This document shows, piece after piece, positions 21,186 to 31,132 of a stretch of DNA of 64,000 nucleotides. Made by a program: the position numbers and the translations under genes. Source of the DNA: an uncultured beta proteobacterium (GTDB lineage Bacteria > Pseudomonadota > Gammaproteobacteria > Burkholderiales > Casimicrobiaceae); NCBI GenBank assembly GCA_963816165.1, contig CAWFJL010000010.1:65651-129650 (forward strand), given 5' to 3'. The notes under the pieces were generated by a model. It had not been told where the DNA came from. It saw only the letters and a program-made list of their open reading frames with translations, and made no database searches. The first letter of the stretch is position 1; the number at the start of each line of letters is the position of its first letter.

Positions 21186-22172
21186 TTACAAACTGCGTCG
21201 CAGCGTCGCCGCCGGCGGCTCGTCATATCTTGCCGTGTGCGCGGCGGCGAACCTGCCGAGGTTGGTAAAGCCCCAGTGGTAGGCAACGGCGGCAACACTG
21301 GTTGTCGATGGGTCGGATTCGAGCAGACTCTCATGTGCCCGACGCAGTCGGACCTCACGCAGATACGTCATCGGCGAAGCGTCCAGGCAACGCCGGAAAC
21401 CCTCCTGTAGCGAACGGACGCTGACATGGCAGCGCGCCGCGATCGAAGAGACGGTCAACGGCAAATGCGCTTCGTCCTCGATGATTTCGACTGCAGCGCG
21501 AACAGCGCGAGGGCTGACGACATGCGTCTCACCCGTGATGGCGCTGCGGTAGGGATTGTCCACGGCCAGCAGTAGACCGCGAACAAGGCTGTCGACGAAC
21601 GGCAATCCAGCGAGCGGTTTGTTGAGCACCCCGTCGGGCCGGAAAAGCTGCTCGACGAACACGAACAGCATGTTTATCCAGCTGCGGGCCGCGCCCGCTT
21701 TCACCGACATGCATGACGCGAAATCGATTTGAGACATCAGCTGCCGACCGAGCGCATCGCTGAGAGCGTCTTCAACAGCGCAACGGTCGATCCTCACACC
21801 CAACAATCGGGTGCCTTCAGGCCATCGCGCACCCGCATCACCTTCTGGCTGGTAGACGGCAGCAGCCCCAGGACCGACAGCCAGTGACGAGCCTCTGTGC
21901 ACCGACTCGACGCGACCCGACCGCGGCACGTTCACGCGGTACGCGGTGCACAGCTCCCCGCAATGAAGTTCCACGTCGGAGCCGACGACGAGTTCGACAA
22001 CGAGAATCGGGCCAATGCCTGCCACCCGCTGGGTGAGGGACAACGACTGCGGGTCGCTCAACAAGTGGATGTGCGGCTCGCGGCAGCACAGACAGGCGAA
22101 GGCGTCGAGGGCGGACGCGGTCGACCATGCAGGCATATCGGAAGAGTCCGCACTACCTTGGACAGTCACCAA
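21186..22172 (-). CDS. AraC family regulator, copy 1
   Basis: C-terminal VSVRSLQEGF...PMTYLREVRLRRAH...WGFTNLGRFAA double HTH. Confidence 0.93.
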   Translation of the reverse strand: MVTVQGSADSSDMPAWSTASALDAFACLCCREPHIHLLSDPQSLSLTQRVAGIGPILVVELVVGSDVELHCGELCTAYRVNVPRSGRVESVHRGSSLAVGPGAAAVYQPEGDAGARWPEGTRLLGVRIDRCAVEDALSDALGRQLMSQIDFASCMSVKAGAARSWINMLFVFVEQLFRPDGVLNKPLAGLPFVDSLVRGLLLAVDNPYRSAITGETHVVSPRAVRAAVEIIEDEAHLPLTVSSIAARCHVSVRSLQEGFRRCLDASPMTYLREVRLRRAHESLLESDPSTTSVAAVAYHWGFTNLGRFAAAHTARYDEPPAATLRRSL

Positions 22173-22289
22173 TCAGCCTTCTCGCGATGTCCGGCACACA
22201 ACGCCTCGCCCGGACAACGTCACCGGCAACGGTCGATATGCCGCGATACGCAGGTCGGCAGCTGACTCACAGTGAACTGGCAGAGAGTA

Positions 22290-22385
22290 GGTGTGACGTA
22301 CCTTGCCGGCGGCTGTCGGCCGGGGCGGTGATGCTGGATTCATGGTGGCGCAACCACCTCGGCCTCAAGGGCACACCCGGTTCGG
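22290..22385 (+). pseudogene. Degenerate duplicate of the promoter and 5' end of the (2Fe-2S) subunit gene
   Basis: Near-identical to 26058-26113, then jumps to GCGCAACCACCTCGGCCT.AAGGGCAC..GGTTCGG matching 26184-26219 (about 70-bp internal deletion). Confidence 0.85.
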
Positions 22386-22389
22386 TGGC

Positions 22390-23409
22390 CTAGGCGGCAA
22401 CGGCTTCGATGATCTTTTGCGGCGAGTCCGATGTCCGCACCGCGGTGCGGAGCAGTCCCGCCCTGGCGAGCAGCGCGTCGAACTCCGCAAGCGTGCGCTC
22501 CTTACCGGTCGCCATCGCGAGCATGTTCAGGTCCATCAGCGCTGCTACGCCGGGGGCGTCGCGCTCTCCGATGAGAAACTCGATGATGGCGACCCGGCCG
22601 CCGGGAACCATTGCCTCACGGCAGCGGCTGAGGATCTTGACGCAGCTCTCATCGTCCCAGTCATGCAGCACGCACTTGAGCAGATAGAGGTCGGCCGACG
22701 GTACCGCCTCAAACAAATCGCCGCCGACCACCTCCGTACGATCGCTGGCGACGTCGGCCTCCACAGCAGCGGCGACGTCGGGGCGGTCGAAGACGATTCC
22801 GCGCAACGCGGGGTTGCACTGCTGCAGCAGACGCAACAGTGCACCGTTCGCTCCGCCGACATCGACCGCCAAGTCGACATCGCTGGTCTCGAGCGCGCCT
22901 GCAAGACCACGAGCCCACAACGAGGTGACACATTCCATGAGGCCGGTCACCTCTCGCGACTGCTCCGGGTTCTGCTGCAGATACTCGAAGATGTTCATTC
23001 CCAGCACCTCTCGGGCCTGGCTCCTGCCGGTCCGCACCGCCGTGACGAATTCGCCCCAGGGCGACCAACTGGACCGGTTAGTGAGCCCTAAGGCCATCCC
23101 TCGCAGCGACCCCGGCGCGTCGTTGCGCAAGGTATCCAACAGCGGGGTGCTGTGCAATCGGTCGTCGGAGTCCATGGTCAGCAGTCCGAGCGTCAAGCCT
23201 GCACGCATCAGCCGGAAGGTCGTCTCGGGCGCGCTGCGCTCTCGTTGTGCGATTTCAGCGGCCGTCAGCGGACCCGTGGCCAGGTGATCCGCGACCGACA
23301 GCTCGGCGTAGGCCCGAAGCGCTTGGCTGACCCGATAGCTCATCAGCATGTCCGCCATCTGCTGACGGACGTCGTCGCGCTGCGCTGATTTCTGTGTTGG
23401 CGTGTTCAT
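22390..23409 (-). CDS. O-methyltransferase (dimerisation domain + Methyltransf_2)
   Basis: VDVGGANG, GGDLF, LKCVLHDWDD, DLNML...GKERT. Confidence 0.92.
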   Translation of the reverse strand: MNTPTQKSAQRDDVRQQMADMLMSYRVSQALRAYAELSVADHLATGPLTAAEIAQRERSAPETTFRLMRAGLTLGLLTMDSDDRLHSTPLLDTLRNDAPGSLRGMALGLTNRSSWSPWGEFVTAVRTGRSQAREVLGMNIFEYLQQNPEQSREVTGLMECVTSLWARGLAGALETSDVDLAVDVGGANGALLRLLQQCNPALRGIVFDRPDVAAAVEADVASDRTEVVGGDLFEAVPSADLYLLKCVLHDWDDESCVKILSRCREAMVPGGRVAIIEFLIGERDAPGVAALMDLNMLAMATGKERTLAEFDALLARAGLLRTAVRTSDSPQKIIEAVAA

Positions 23410-23602
23410 AGTGACGCTGCGTCCTCTCCAAATTCGTACTTCTTTTCCTGTGCGGTGTTTCCGTCCTAATTACGCGAGCAAATAACATGTTTCGCACTGT
23501 CGACCTGAGAGCGTGCCGTGGACGACGGCGCCGATGCGGTTCTGTGGATGGCGCGCACATTGGCGGCGTCGACGCTGGAGTGCACACAACTCACCTCCGA
23601 TC

Positions 23603-24322
23603 TCACTGCGCGGGAAGGGCAGCCAGTCCGTGCCCATCCACGATCTCCACGCTGTTTTGCGCGAGGCGGATCCATCCGCGATCACTGAAATCCCGCAGCG
23701 TTGCGTCGACCGACTCCGGCGACACACCGGCGAATAGCGAGATCTCGTCCAGCGTCAGATCGTGCTTAACCCGCACCACATCGCCATCCCGTTGCCCAAA
23801 TCGCTTGCTCAACAACAACAACCGACTGGCGACGCGGTACGGTGGATCGGCGAAGACGAGGTCTGCGAGGCAGCTCGTCATCACACCAGCACGACGGGCC
23901 AACAGACGCATGATCTGCTGGACCATCTCCGGGCACTCCGTCATCCATGCCAGGAGTTGCCCGCGCTCGATCTCCACCGCGCACATCTCTGTGATTGTGG
24001 TGGCAGTGAATTCGCTTGTGCCACAGTCGAACGGGGGCACCTCGCCGAAGACGTCGGAGGCGCCCACGACGTTGACCACCAATTCCCTGCCGTCGGTGCG
24101 GCGGTAGGCCAGCTTCACCTTGCCCGAAGCGATCAAGTACATACAACTACCGGGGTCGCCTTGGGAAAAGACAGCGTGTCCGCAAGGGAATCGGACTGTC
24201 CGCACATGCTCAACCAGGTCCGCCACGACGTCCGGATTCACCCTGCCGAAGATTCCGGAGCGGATCAGTGCCGCGTGCGTATTCCGGCGCAAGCCAAGGG
24301 TCGGCGGCGTCGACGACGACAA
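23603..24322 (-). CDS. Crp/Fnr family regulator, divergent
   Basis: LIRSGIF, FSQGDPG, SGKVK, DVFGE, DLVFADPPYRVA..LL.L..RFG, HDLTLDEIS; start uncertain. Confidence 0.88.
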   Translation of the reverse strand: MSSSTPPTLGLRRNTHAALIRSGIFGRVNPDVVADLVEHVRTVRFPCGHAVFSQGDPGSCMYLIASGKVKLAYRRTDGRELVVNVVGASDVFGEVPPFDCGTSEFTATTITEMCAVEIERGQLLAWMTECPEMVQQIMRLLARRAGVMTSCLADLVFADPPYRVASRLLLLSKRFGQRDGDVVRVKHDLTLDEISLFAGVSPESVDATLRDFSDRGWIRLAQNSVEIVDGHGLAALPAQ

Positions 24323-24467
24323 CGCGTCGATAGTGCTTGACCCCGAACATCCGGGTTAGGCCCGCGGTGTTCGGACGGCACGCAGGTGCGCCTGACGACC
24401 GCCCACCACGAGGACGTGGCTGCGATGCATGCGACCGACGCAAGGACGGCGGTTGTTGGGCCGATCA

Positions 24468-24538
24468 TGGTGCCAACGCTACGGACCACGGCTGACAGTC
24501 GAATAACCTTAAGGCGCAACGTATTGGACAGTTTGCGC
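24468..24538 (-). promoter_or_regulatory. Second leaderless-type promoter with putative AraC site
   Basis: TAGCGT-N7-ATG(24468); GCGCAACGTATTGGACAGTTTGCGC at 24514-24538. Confidence 0.6.
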
Positions 24539-24713
24539 ACACCCTACTGGCTGCATCGCACAGCGGATTCAGCGAGCCGACGAGGTTGCGTTCTCGCTGC
24601 CGTTCGGCTTCGCCGAAGACGATTACGTTCAGATCACCTCGGGCGCCGGCCCACATCGCGCGCGGAGCAACGAGACGTCAAAGCCGCAAACCAATCCGTC
24701 GTTGTGCAGATGG

Positions 24714-25745
24714 TCAAGAACGAGTCTCGATCCACCCGCGGTTGGCCCGGCTCCGTCGAAATGCTTTGCTCCGCAACGTCGCTGCCGGCGGCTCGTCGTA
24801 GCGGGCGGTATGGGCGGCAGCGAATCGGCCGAGGTTGGTAAAGCCCCAGTGGTAGGCGACCGACGCGACGCTGGTCGTCGACGGGTCAGATTCAAGCAGG
24901 CTCTGGTGTGCTCGACGCAGCCGCACCTCACGCAGGTAAGCCATCGGCGACGCGCCCATGTGGCGCCGGAAGTCCTGCTGTAAAGAACGAACACTGACAC
25001 CGCAACGCGCAGCGATCGAAGAGACGGTCAACGGCAAATGCGCTTCCCCTTCGATGATTTCGACGGTCTTACGAAACGTGCGGGGTGCAGCCAACCGCTC
25101 ACCGGTCGTCAGGGCGTAACGGTGCGAACGGTGGGCGGCGAGCAAGAACCCGCGCACCAGGCTGTCGACGAACGGCAACCCGACAAGCGGCTGATTGATC
25201 AGGCTGTCGGGCCGGAAAAGCTGCTCCTTGAAAAGCAACAGCATGTTGATCCAGCTTCGGGTCGGGGCCGCCGTGATTGGCATGATTGGTGTGAAATCGA
25301 CGCGTGACATCACCTGCCGGCCGAGTGCATCACTGAGAGCGTCGTTGACGGTACGCCGGTCGATCTTGAAGCACACGATCCTGCTGCCCGCTTCCCATCG
25401 CGCCGCGCTGAGACCCTCCGGCGCGTACACAGCGGCACTACCTGGCCCGGCGGAGACGGACACTCCCCGGTGCACACACTCGGTGTGGCCGGTCACCAGC
25501 ACAAGCACTCGGTAGGCGTCGCACATATCACCGCACGCCATCGATAAGTCAGAGCCGACGAGTATCTCGGAAAGCAGAACCGGACCCATGCGACCCGCCC
25601 GCTGAGTGACCGAAAACTGGTCTGGATCACTCAACAGACTGAGATGGGGCTTGCGGCAGCACATGAGCGCAAAGTCGTCGAACCTCTCCGCCCGCGCCCA
25701 CTCAAGCATATCGAGGTCGTCGGCCGTATCCAGGTCCGCCATCAT
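24714..25745 (-). CDS. AraC family regulator, copy 2
   Basis: Close paralog of copy 1 (DALSDALGRQ, RSWINML, QLFRPD, GLPFVDSLVRG, nearly identical HTH); start at ATG 25745 after GAGG. Confidence 0.93.
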   Translation of the reverse strand: MMADLDTADDLDMLEWARAERFDDFALMCCRKPHLSLLSDPDQFSVTQRAGRMGPVLLSEILVGSDLSMACGDMCDAYRVLVLVTGHTECVHRGVSVSAGPGSAAVYAPEGLSAARWEAGSRIVCFKIDRRTVNDALSDALGRQVMSRVDFTPIMPITAAPTRSWINMLLLFKEQLFRPDSLINQPLVGLPFVDSLVRGFLLAAHRSHRYALTTGERLAAPRTFRKTVEIIEGEAHLPLTVSSIAARCGVSVRSLQQDFRRHMGASPMAYLREVRLRRAHQSLLESDPSTTSVASVAYHWGFTNLGRFAAAHTARYDEPPAATLRSKAFRRSRANRGWIETRS

Positions 25746-25858
25746 GACACCTCGCGAACGATGCCCTGCTCGCAGCACAGGCAGGCAAAGCCGGCGATCC
25801 CGTTCGTGATCGTCCATCCGGTAGGTTGACGGGGATCTGCGGCATTTTGGACCGTCAT
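25742..25858 (-). CDS. 38-aa Cys-rich uORF homologous to the AraC copy 1 N-terminus
   Basis: MTVQNAADPRQPTGWTITNGIAGFACLCCEQGIVREVS*; GAGGAAGG RBS; stop overlaps the AraC2 start (ATGA). Confidence 0.6.
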   Translation of the reverse strand: MTVQNAADPRQPTGWTITNGIAGFACLCCEQGIVREVS

Positions 25859-26109
25859 CAGCCTTCCTCACCAAGTTCGGGACCTAATGGCCAGTTTGGA
25901 TAACGTGATTGGCGGTGCTCGCCATGCCACCTCGTCCACGTCGCCAGGTAACTCACAGTGAGTCGGCACAGGACCAGCCAAACACTGCGTGTTCTGGCCA
26001 TGGTGGTGCGCATCTTGGCTATTTCACAACAACTGTCCAGACTGTCCGGCGCGGTCGGGTGTGACGTACCTTGCTGGCGGTTGTCGGCTGGGGCGGTGAT
26101 GCTGGATTC

Positions 26110-26581
26110 ATGGCAGAGGTTCATGTGAACGGTCGCGTGCGGGAGGTTCGCGCCGAGCCCGACACACCGCTGCTGTACGTGCTGCGCAACCACCTCGGCC
26201 TGAAGGGCACGCGGTTCGGCTGCGGGCTGGGCGTGTGCGGCGCCTGCCTCGTGCTCGTCGACGGGCACCCCACCTACTCGTGCGACACGCCGCTCTGGTC
26301 GGTCGAGGGCAAGGACGTGACGACCGTCGAAGGCCTCGGGCGCCGACGGCGAACCGCATCCGGTGGCCCGTTCGATCGTCGCGCACCAGGCCGCGCAGTG
26401 CGGCTACTGCATGTCCGGGATCGTCGTGCGCGCCGCGCGCCTGCTCGCCGAGAACCCCGATCCGTCCGACGCCGAAGTGCGCGCGGCGCTCGATGACAAC
26501 CTGTGCCGCTGCGGCTCGCACAACCGCGTGGTCCGCGCGGTGCTCGCCGCCGCAGCCGAGATGCGCGGGGGCGCCCCGTGA
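26110..26581 (+). CDS. (2Fe-2S)-binding small subunit of a molybdenum hydroxylase (nicotinate dehydrogenase/isoquinoline oxidoreductase alpha-like), one frameshift
   Basis: GTRFGCGLGVCGAC...SC, QAAQCGYCMSG, NLCRCG. Confidence 0.9.
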
Positions 26582-28707
26582 GCGGCGGCAACGCGCTGCC
26601 GCCGACGCTGGCAGCCAACCCACGCCTGGGCGACTGGCTGCGGATCGGACCCGACGGCACGGTCGAGGTGCGGTCCGGCAAGGTCGAGCTCGGCCAGGGC
26701 GTGCTCACCGCGCTGGCACAGATGGCCGCCGAGGAACTCGACGTCGACGTGAGCCGGATCCGAATGACCGCGGCGGCAACAGATCTCAGCCCCGACGAGG
26801 GATATGACCGCGGGCAGCCTGTCCATCCAGCAGTCCGGGCGCCGCGCTGCGCGAGGTCTGCGCCGAGGCGCGCGACCTCTACCTCGCGATCGCCGCGGAA
26901 AAGCTCGCGGTGCCCAAGGAGGACCTGACTGTCGACGACGGCCGGATCACCGGCAGCGACGGCACGGCCACCAGCTACTGGGAGCTGGCCGACGAGACGG
27001 TGCTGGACCGGCCTGCCAGCGGTGGCGCCAAACCGAAGCCGGAGTCGGACTACCGCGTGGTGGGCACCGACGTCGCGCGAATCGACCTGCCGGACAAGCT
27101 CGCCGGGCGGCCACGCTACGTGCACGATCTGCAGTTCGACGACATGGTGTACGGCCGGGTGGTGCGCCCGCCGTCGCGAGGCGCGACGCTGCACCGCACT
27201 CGACACCGGCCCGACGCTGGCACTGTCCGGTGTCGTCACCGTGGTGCGCGACGGCGACTTCCTCGGCGTGGTCGCCGAGCGCGAGGAGGTCGCGCTGCGG
27301 GCGGCGGACCGGCTGCGCGCCGACGCCACCTGGGAACAGAAGCCGTCGCTGCCCGACGAGGACGACCTGCCCGCGATTCCTGACGGCGGCTGCCGCCGAC
27401 ACCACGGTCGGTCGCGGACGGGTCACCGGTCGAGCCGCGGCGCCGCACCGGTCGTCGTCGGCGACCTACCATCGACCGTTCATCGCCCACGGGTCGATCG
27501 CACCGTCCTGCGCGGTCGCGGTGGCACGCGGACGAGCGGGCTGCAGATCTGGTCGCACAGCCAGGGCGTGCACATCCTGCGCCGGGAGATCGCGCGCGAG
27601 TTGGGAATGCGCCCGGAGCAATTCGTGGTCCGCCACGTCGAGGGCGCGGGCTGCTACGGCCACAACGGCGCAGACGACGCCGCGATGGACGCCGCGCTGC
27701 TCGCGCTGGCCGCGCCGGGCCGACCGGTGCAGGTGGTGTGGTCGCGACCCGACGAACTCGCGTGGGCGCCGCTGGGAACCGCCGGAGTGGTGCGGCTCTC
27801 GGCCGACACCGCGTCCGACGGCACCGTGTTGTCATGGCGGCACGAGATCTGGAGCGGCAGCTTCATCAGCCGCCCCGGCATGACACCGACCGCCCGCATT
27901 CCTCGCGCACCAGCCACCGCGACCGCACCGCGATCCGCTCCAGCGCGCGAGCCGCCGCTGGAGCGCGGGGGCGGCACGAGGCGCAATGCCGTTCCCGGAT
28001 ACGACTTTCCGTCCTACGAGGTCGTCAACCACCTGATCCCCGCGATGCCGTTGCGGACGTCGGCGCTGCGGTCGCTCGGTGCGCACCTCAATGTGTTCGC
28101 CGCGGAGTCGTTCATGGACGAGCTCGCCGCGGACGCCGGCCTCGACCCCGTCGAATTCCGGCTGGCCCACCTGTCCGACCCGCGCGGCCGGGCGGTACTG
28201 GAACCCGTTGTCAGGCGGTCGAATTGGGCGCAGTGGACGCGATCGGACTCGTCGGTCACGGCATCGGCTATGCGCGCTACAAGAACTCGAGCGCCTACTG
28301 CGCGGTCGTCGCCGAGGTGGAGGCCGTCGAGCAGGTGCGGGTGCGCCGACTGACCATCGCCGTCGACGCGGGGCTGGTCATCAACCCCGACGGAGCGGCC
28401 AACCAGATCGAGGGTGGCGCGATCCAGGCGACCAGCTGGACGCTGAAGGAGCGGGTCCGCTTCGACCGGTACACCGTCACCAGCGACAACTGGGAGAGCT
28501 ACCCGATTCTGCGGTTCTCCGAGGTTCCGGCCGTCGACGTCGAATTCGTTGCCCGGCAACGGAAACCCGCCGCTCGGCGTCGGCGAGTGCGCGCAGGGAC
28601 CGACGGCTGCGGCGATCGCCAACGCGGTGTGCGACGCGCTCGGCGTGCGCGTGCGGTCACTGCCGCTGACACCGGAGCAGATCGTCGCCGCGATGCCGGA
28701 CCGCTGA
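26578..28707 (+). CDS. Molybdopterin-binding large subunit (xanthine dehydrogenase family, NicB/IorB-like), multiply frameshifted
   Basis: SGKVELGQGV, GAGCYGHNGADD, LRSLGAHLNVFAAES, NPDGAANQIEGGAIQ, GVGECAQGPTAAAIANA across frames. Confidence 0.88.
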
Positions 28708-28750
28708 TCTGCTCGCATATATACCGATCGGTGCGGGTATCCGAAACGTC

Positions 28751-30085
28751 ATGGCAGATGACGTCCCGGGCAACCGCGGCAACGAGCGGGAGTCGTTCAT
28801 CGTCGACTGCCTTGTGCAGGCGTTCTCCGACCTGATGAAGGCGGACCCCGACGCCTTTCGGACCAAGTTCCGCAAGATGGCTGCCGACCCGTTCGCGTTC
28901 TACCGCGGCAGCGCCTGCGTGTTCTACGCCGACATGGCCGACCGCGACGACCGCTGGGCCGACGAACGGACCGGCCGCGTGTGGATCCAGGGCGACCTGC
29001 ACGCGGAGAACTTCGGCACCTACATGGACGGCTCCGGCGTGCTGATCTTCGACGTCAACGACTTCGACGAGGCCTACGTCGGCCACTTCACCTGGGACCT
29101 GCAACGGTTCGCGGCCAGCATCGCGCTGCTGTGCTGGCAGAAGGCGCTGTCGGATGAGGAGATTCGGGAGCTTGATCGAGATCTTCGCCCGCGCCTACGT
29201 CGAACAGGTGCGGTGGTTCGTCGATGTGGACGACGACTCCTCGTTTTCGCTGAATCTCGAGACCGCCCGCGGCGCGGTGCTCGTCGGCGCTGCAGTCGGC
29301 GCGGCTCTCGACCCGCGCCCAGATGCTCGACCGGATGACCCGCGTGGACGGATCGGGATCGGCGCTTTCGCGAGCTGCCCGGCGTGCGGCGGCTCGAGGA
29401 CGACGAACGCGACATGGTCACCGACGCGTTCGACCGTTACCTCGAGACGATTCCGGAGACTAAGCGCTTCCGCGGCATCGTCTACGACGTCAAGGACGTC
29501 GTCGGCAAGACCGGCTTGGGCATCGGCAGCGCAGGGCTGCCCGCGTACACCGTGCTGATCGAGGGCTTCAACCAGGCGCTCGACAACGACGTGGTGCTGT
29601 CGATGAAGCAGGGCAACGTGGCCGCACCCAGCCGGGTGGTCGACGATCGCGATGTACACGGGTACTTCGAGCACGACGGGCACCGCACCGCGGTGTCGCA
29701 GCGCGCCCTGCAGGCACACGCCGACCCGTTGCTCGGCTACACCGACATCGACGGTGTCGGCTACGTCGTCAGCGAGCTCTCGCCGTACGAGGCCGATCTG
29801 GACTGGGGCGAACTCACCGAGCCCGACGAGCTCGCCGAAGTCATCGAGCAGCTCGGCCAGGCCGTCGCCAAGGTGCACTGCGTCAGCGACACCGACAGCG
29901 ATCAGAACTCTGGTCGACTTCCAGACCGAGGAGGCAATCGTCGATGTGATCGGTGACGAGTCGACGACTTCGTCGACGACATGGTCTCGTTCGGTCTGGA
30001 GTACGCCGCCGTGGTCCGCGACGATCACCGACTGTTCGTCGATGCATTTCGGGAGGGACGTATCCCCGGCGTCTCGTCAACCTGA
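28751..30085 (+). CDS. DUF2252 family kinase-like protein, frameshifted
   Basis: KMAADPFAFYRGSA, GDLHAENFG, FDVNDFDEA, GIGSAG. Confidence 0.85.
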
Positions 30086-30089
30086 CTGA

Positions 30090-30545
30090 TCAGCCGAGGA
30101 CGATCGTCTCACCTTGCACAGTGATGTTCTCGGCCTCCAGCGGCTTGTCCGCAGGGCCGTGGGCGACCGTGCCGTCAAGGTTGAACTTGCTGCCGTGGCA
30201 AGGGCAGTCGACTGTGCCGTCCGCCACCTTGTCCAAGGTGCACCCCTTGTGGGTGCACTTCGCGGAGAAGCCCTTGAACACGCCCGCCGTGGGTTGGGTC
30301 ACCACGATGTCGCCGACGATCACGCCCGACCCGACCGGCACGTCGGTCGTCTTGGCGATGGCTTTCGCGGCCGGAGCGGCGGTGCCGCCCGATGCGGACG
30401 GCGCGGCCGTGGTCGGAGTGGATTCACTTGCCGCTTCCGGCTTTTTGCCGTATGTGCTGCAGGCCGCGACGACGGCGGTTACCAGGCCGAGGCCGGCGCC
30501 GAGCAGAACCTTCTGCCGCGAGATGGGGAACTCACCGATGTTCAT
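30090..30545 (-). CDS. Rieske (2Fe-2S) lipoprotein
   Basis: CTHKGC and CPCHGSKF Rieske boxes; hydrophobic signal with VAAC lipobox. Confidence 0.9.
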   Translation of the reverse strand: MNIGEFPISRQKVLLGAGLGLVTAVVAACSTYGKKPEAASESTPTTAAPSASGGTAAPAAKAIAKTTDVPVGSGVIVGDIVVTQPTAGVFKGFSAKCTHKGCTLDKVADGTVDCPCHGSKFNLDGTVAHGPADKPLEAENITVQGETIVLG

Positions 30546-30559
30546 CCACTTCCTTTCAG

Positions 30560-31132
30560 TTAGAACTTGATGCCGTTGGTGTCGAAGAACCACAGCGCCG
30601 ACGTCAGCCAGACATACACCAGACCGAAGAACACCAGCCCGCCTGCGACCGGAATCACCCATCCCCGAAGGCCATTGCGCGTGAGCAGCACCATCTTCGT
30701 TACGAATGCGCCGTAGAAGAAGCACCCGAACAGCGAGTGGAACAGCACCCGGGTGTCATAGGACTGGAACCCCAGCGCGTACAGGCAGTGCACGGCGACC
30801 GGAACGCTGACCAGCACCGCCAGTCGGCCCGACCACACGTGCGCGGTGCCGATCCACGAGGGCGCCCTTCCGCCCGGGATCAGCCGGTACATCGCGAAAG
30901 CGGACACCAGCTGGAAGAGCGCCAGCACCATGGCAACCGTCGCCAGCCACGCCTTGACGGCAAGCCCACTGGAGAACCCGGCAAGGTTGATGGAAAAGTA
31001 CTGTGGCTCATGCACTTTGCCGAATACGCCGAGCCCGACGGCGACCAGCGCCCCGAGCGCGACGGCGATCAGCACCGCTGTCGCAGACGACCTCGCAGGT
31101 ACGACCGTGGTCGGAGTGTCGGCATCAGACAT
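30560..31132 (-). CDS. DUF6529-like polytopic membrane protein with conserved His
   Basis: About five hydrophobic segments; VKAWL, AHVWSGRLA, VHCLYALG, FHSLFGCFFYGAF, WLTSALWFF. Confidence 0.75.
   Translation of the reverse strand: MSDADTPTTVVPARSSATAVLIAVALGALVAVGLGVFGKVHEPQYFSINLAGFSSGLAVKAWLATVAMVLALFQLVSAFAMYRLIPGGRAPSWIGTAHVWSGRLAVLVSVPVAVHCLYALGFQSYDTRVLFHSLFGCFFYGAFVTKMVLLTRNGLRGWVIPVAGGLVFFGLVYVWLTSALWFFDTNGIKF

Noticed and set aside
22291-22306. TGTGACGTAC as a CRP box (also at 26060)
   Set aside because: Only one TGTGA half-site is present, with no matching TCACA at the required spacing
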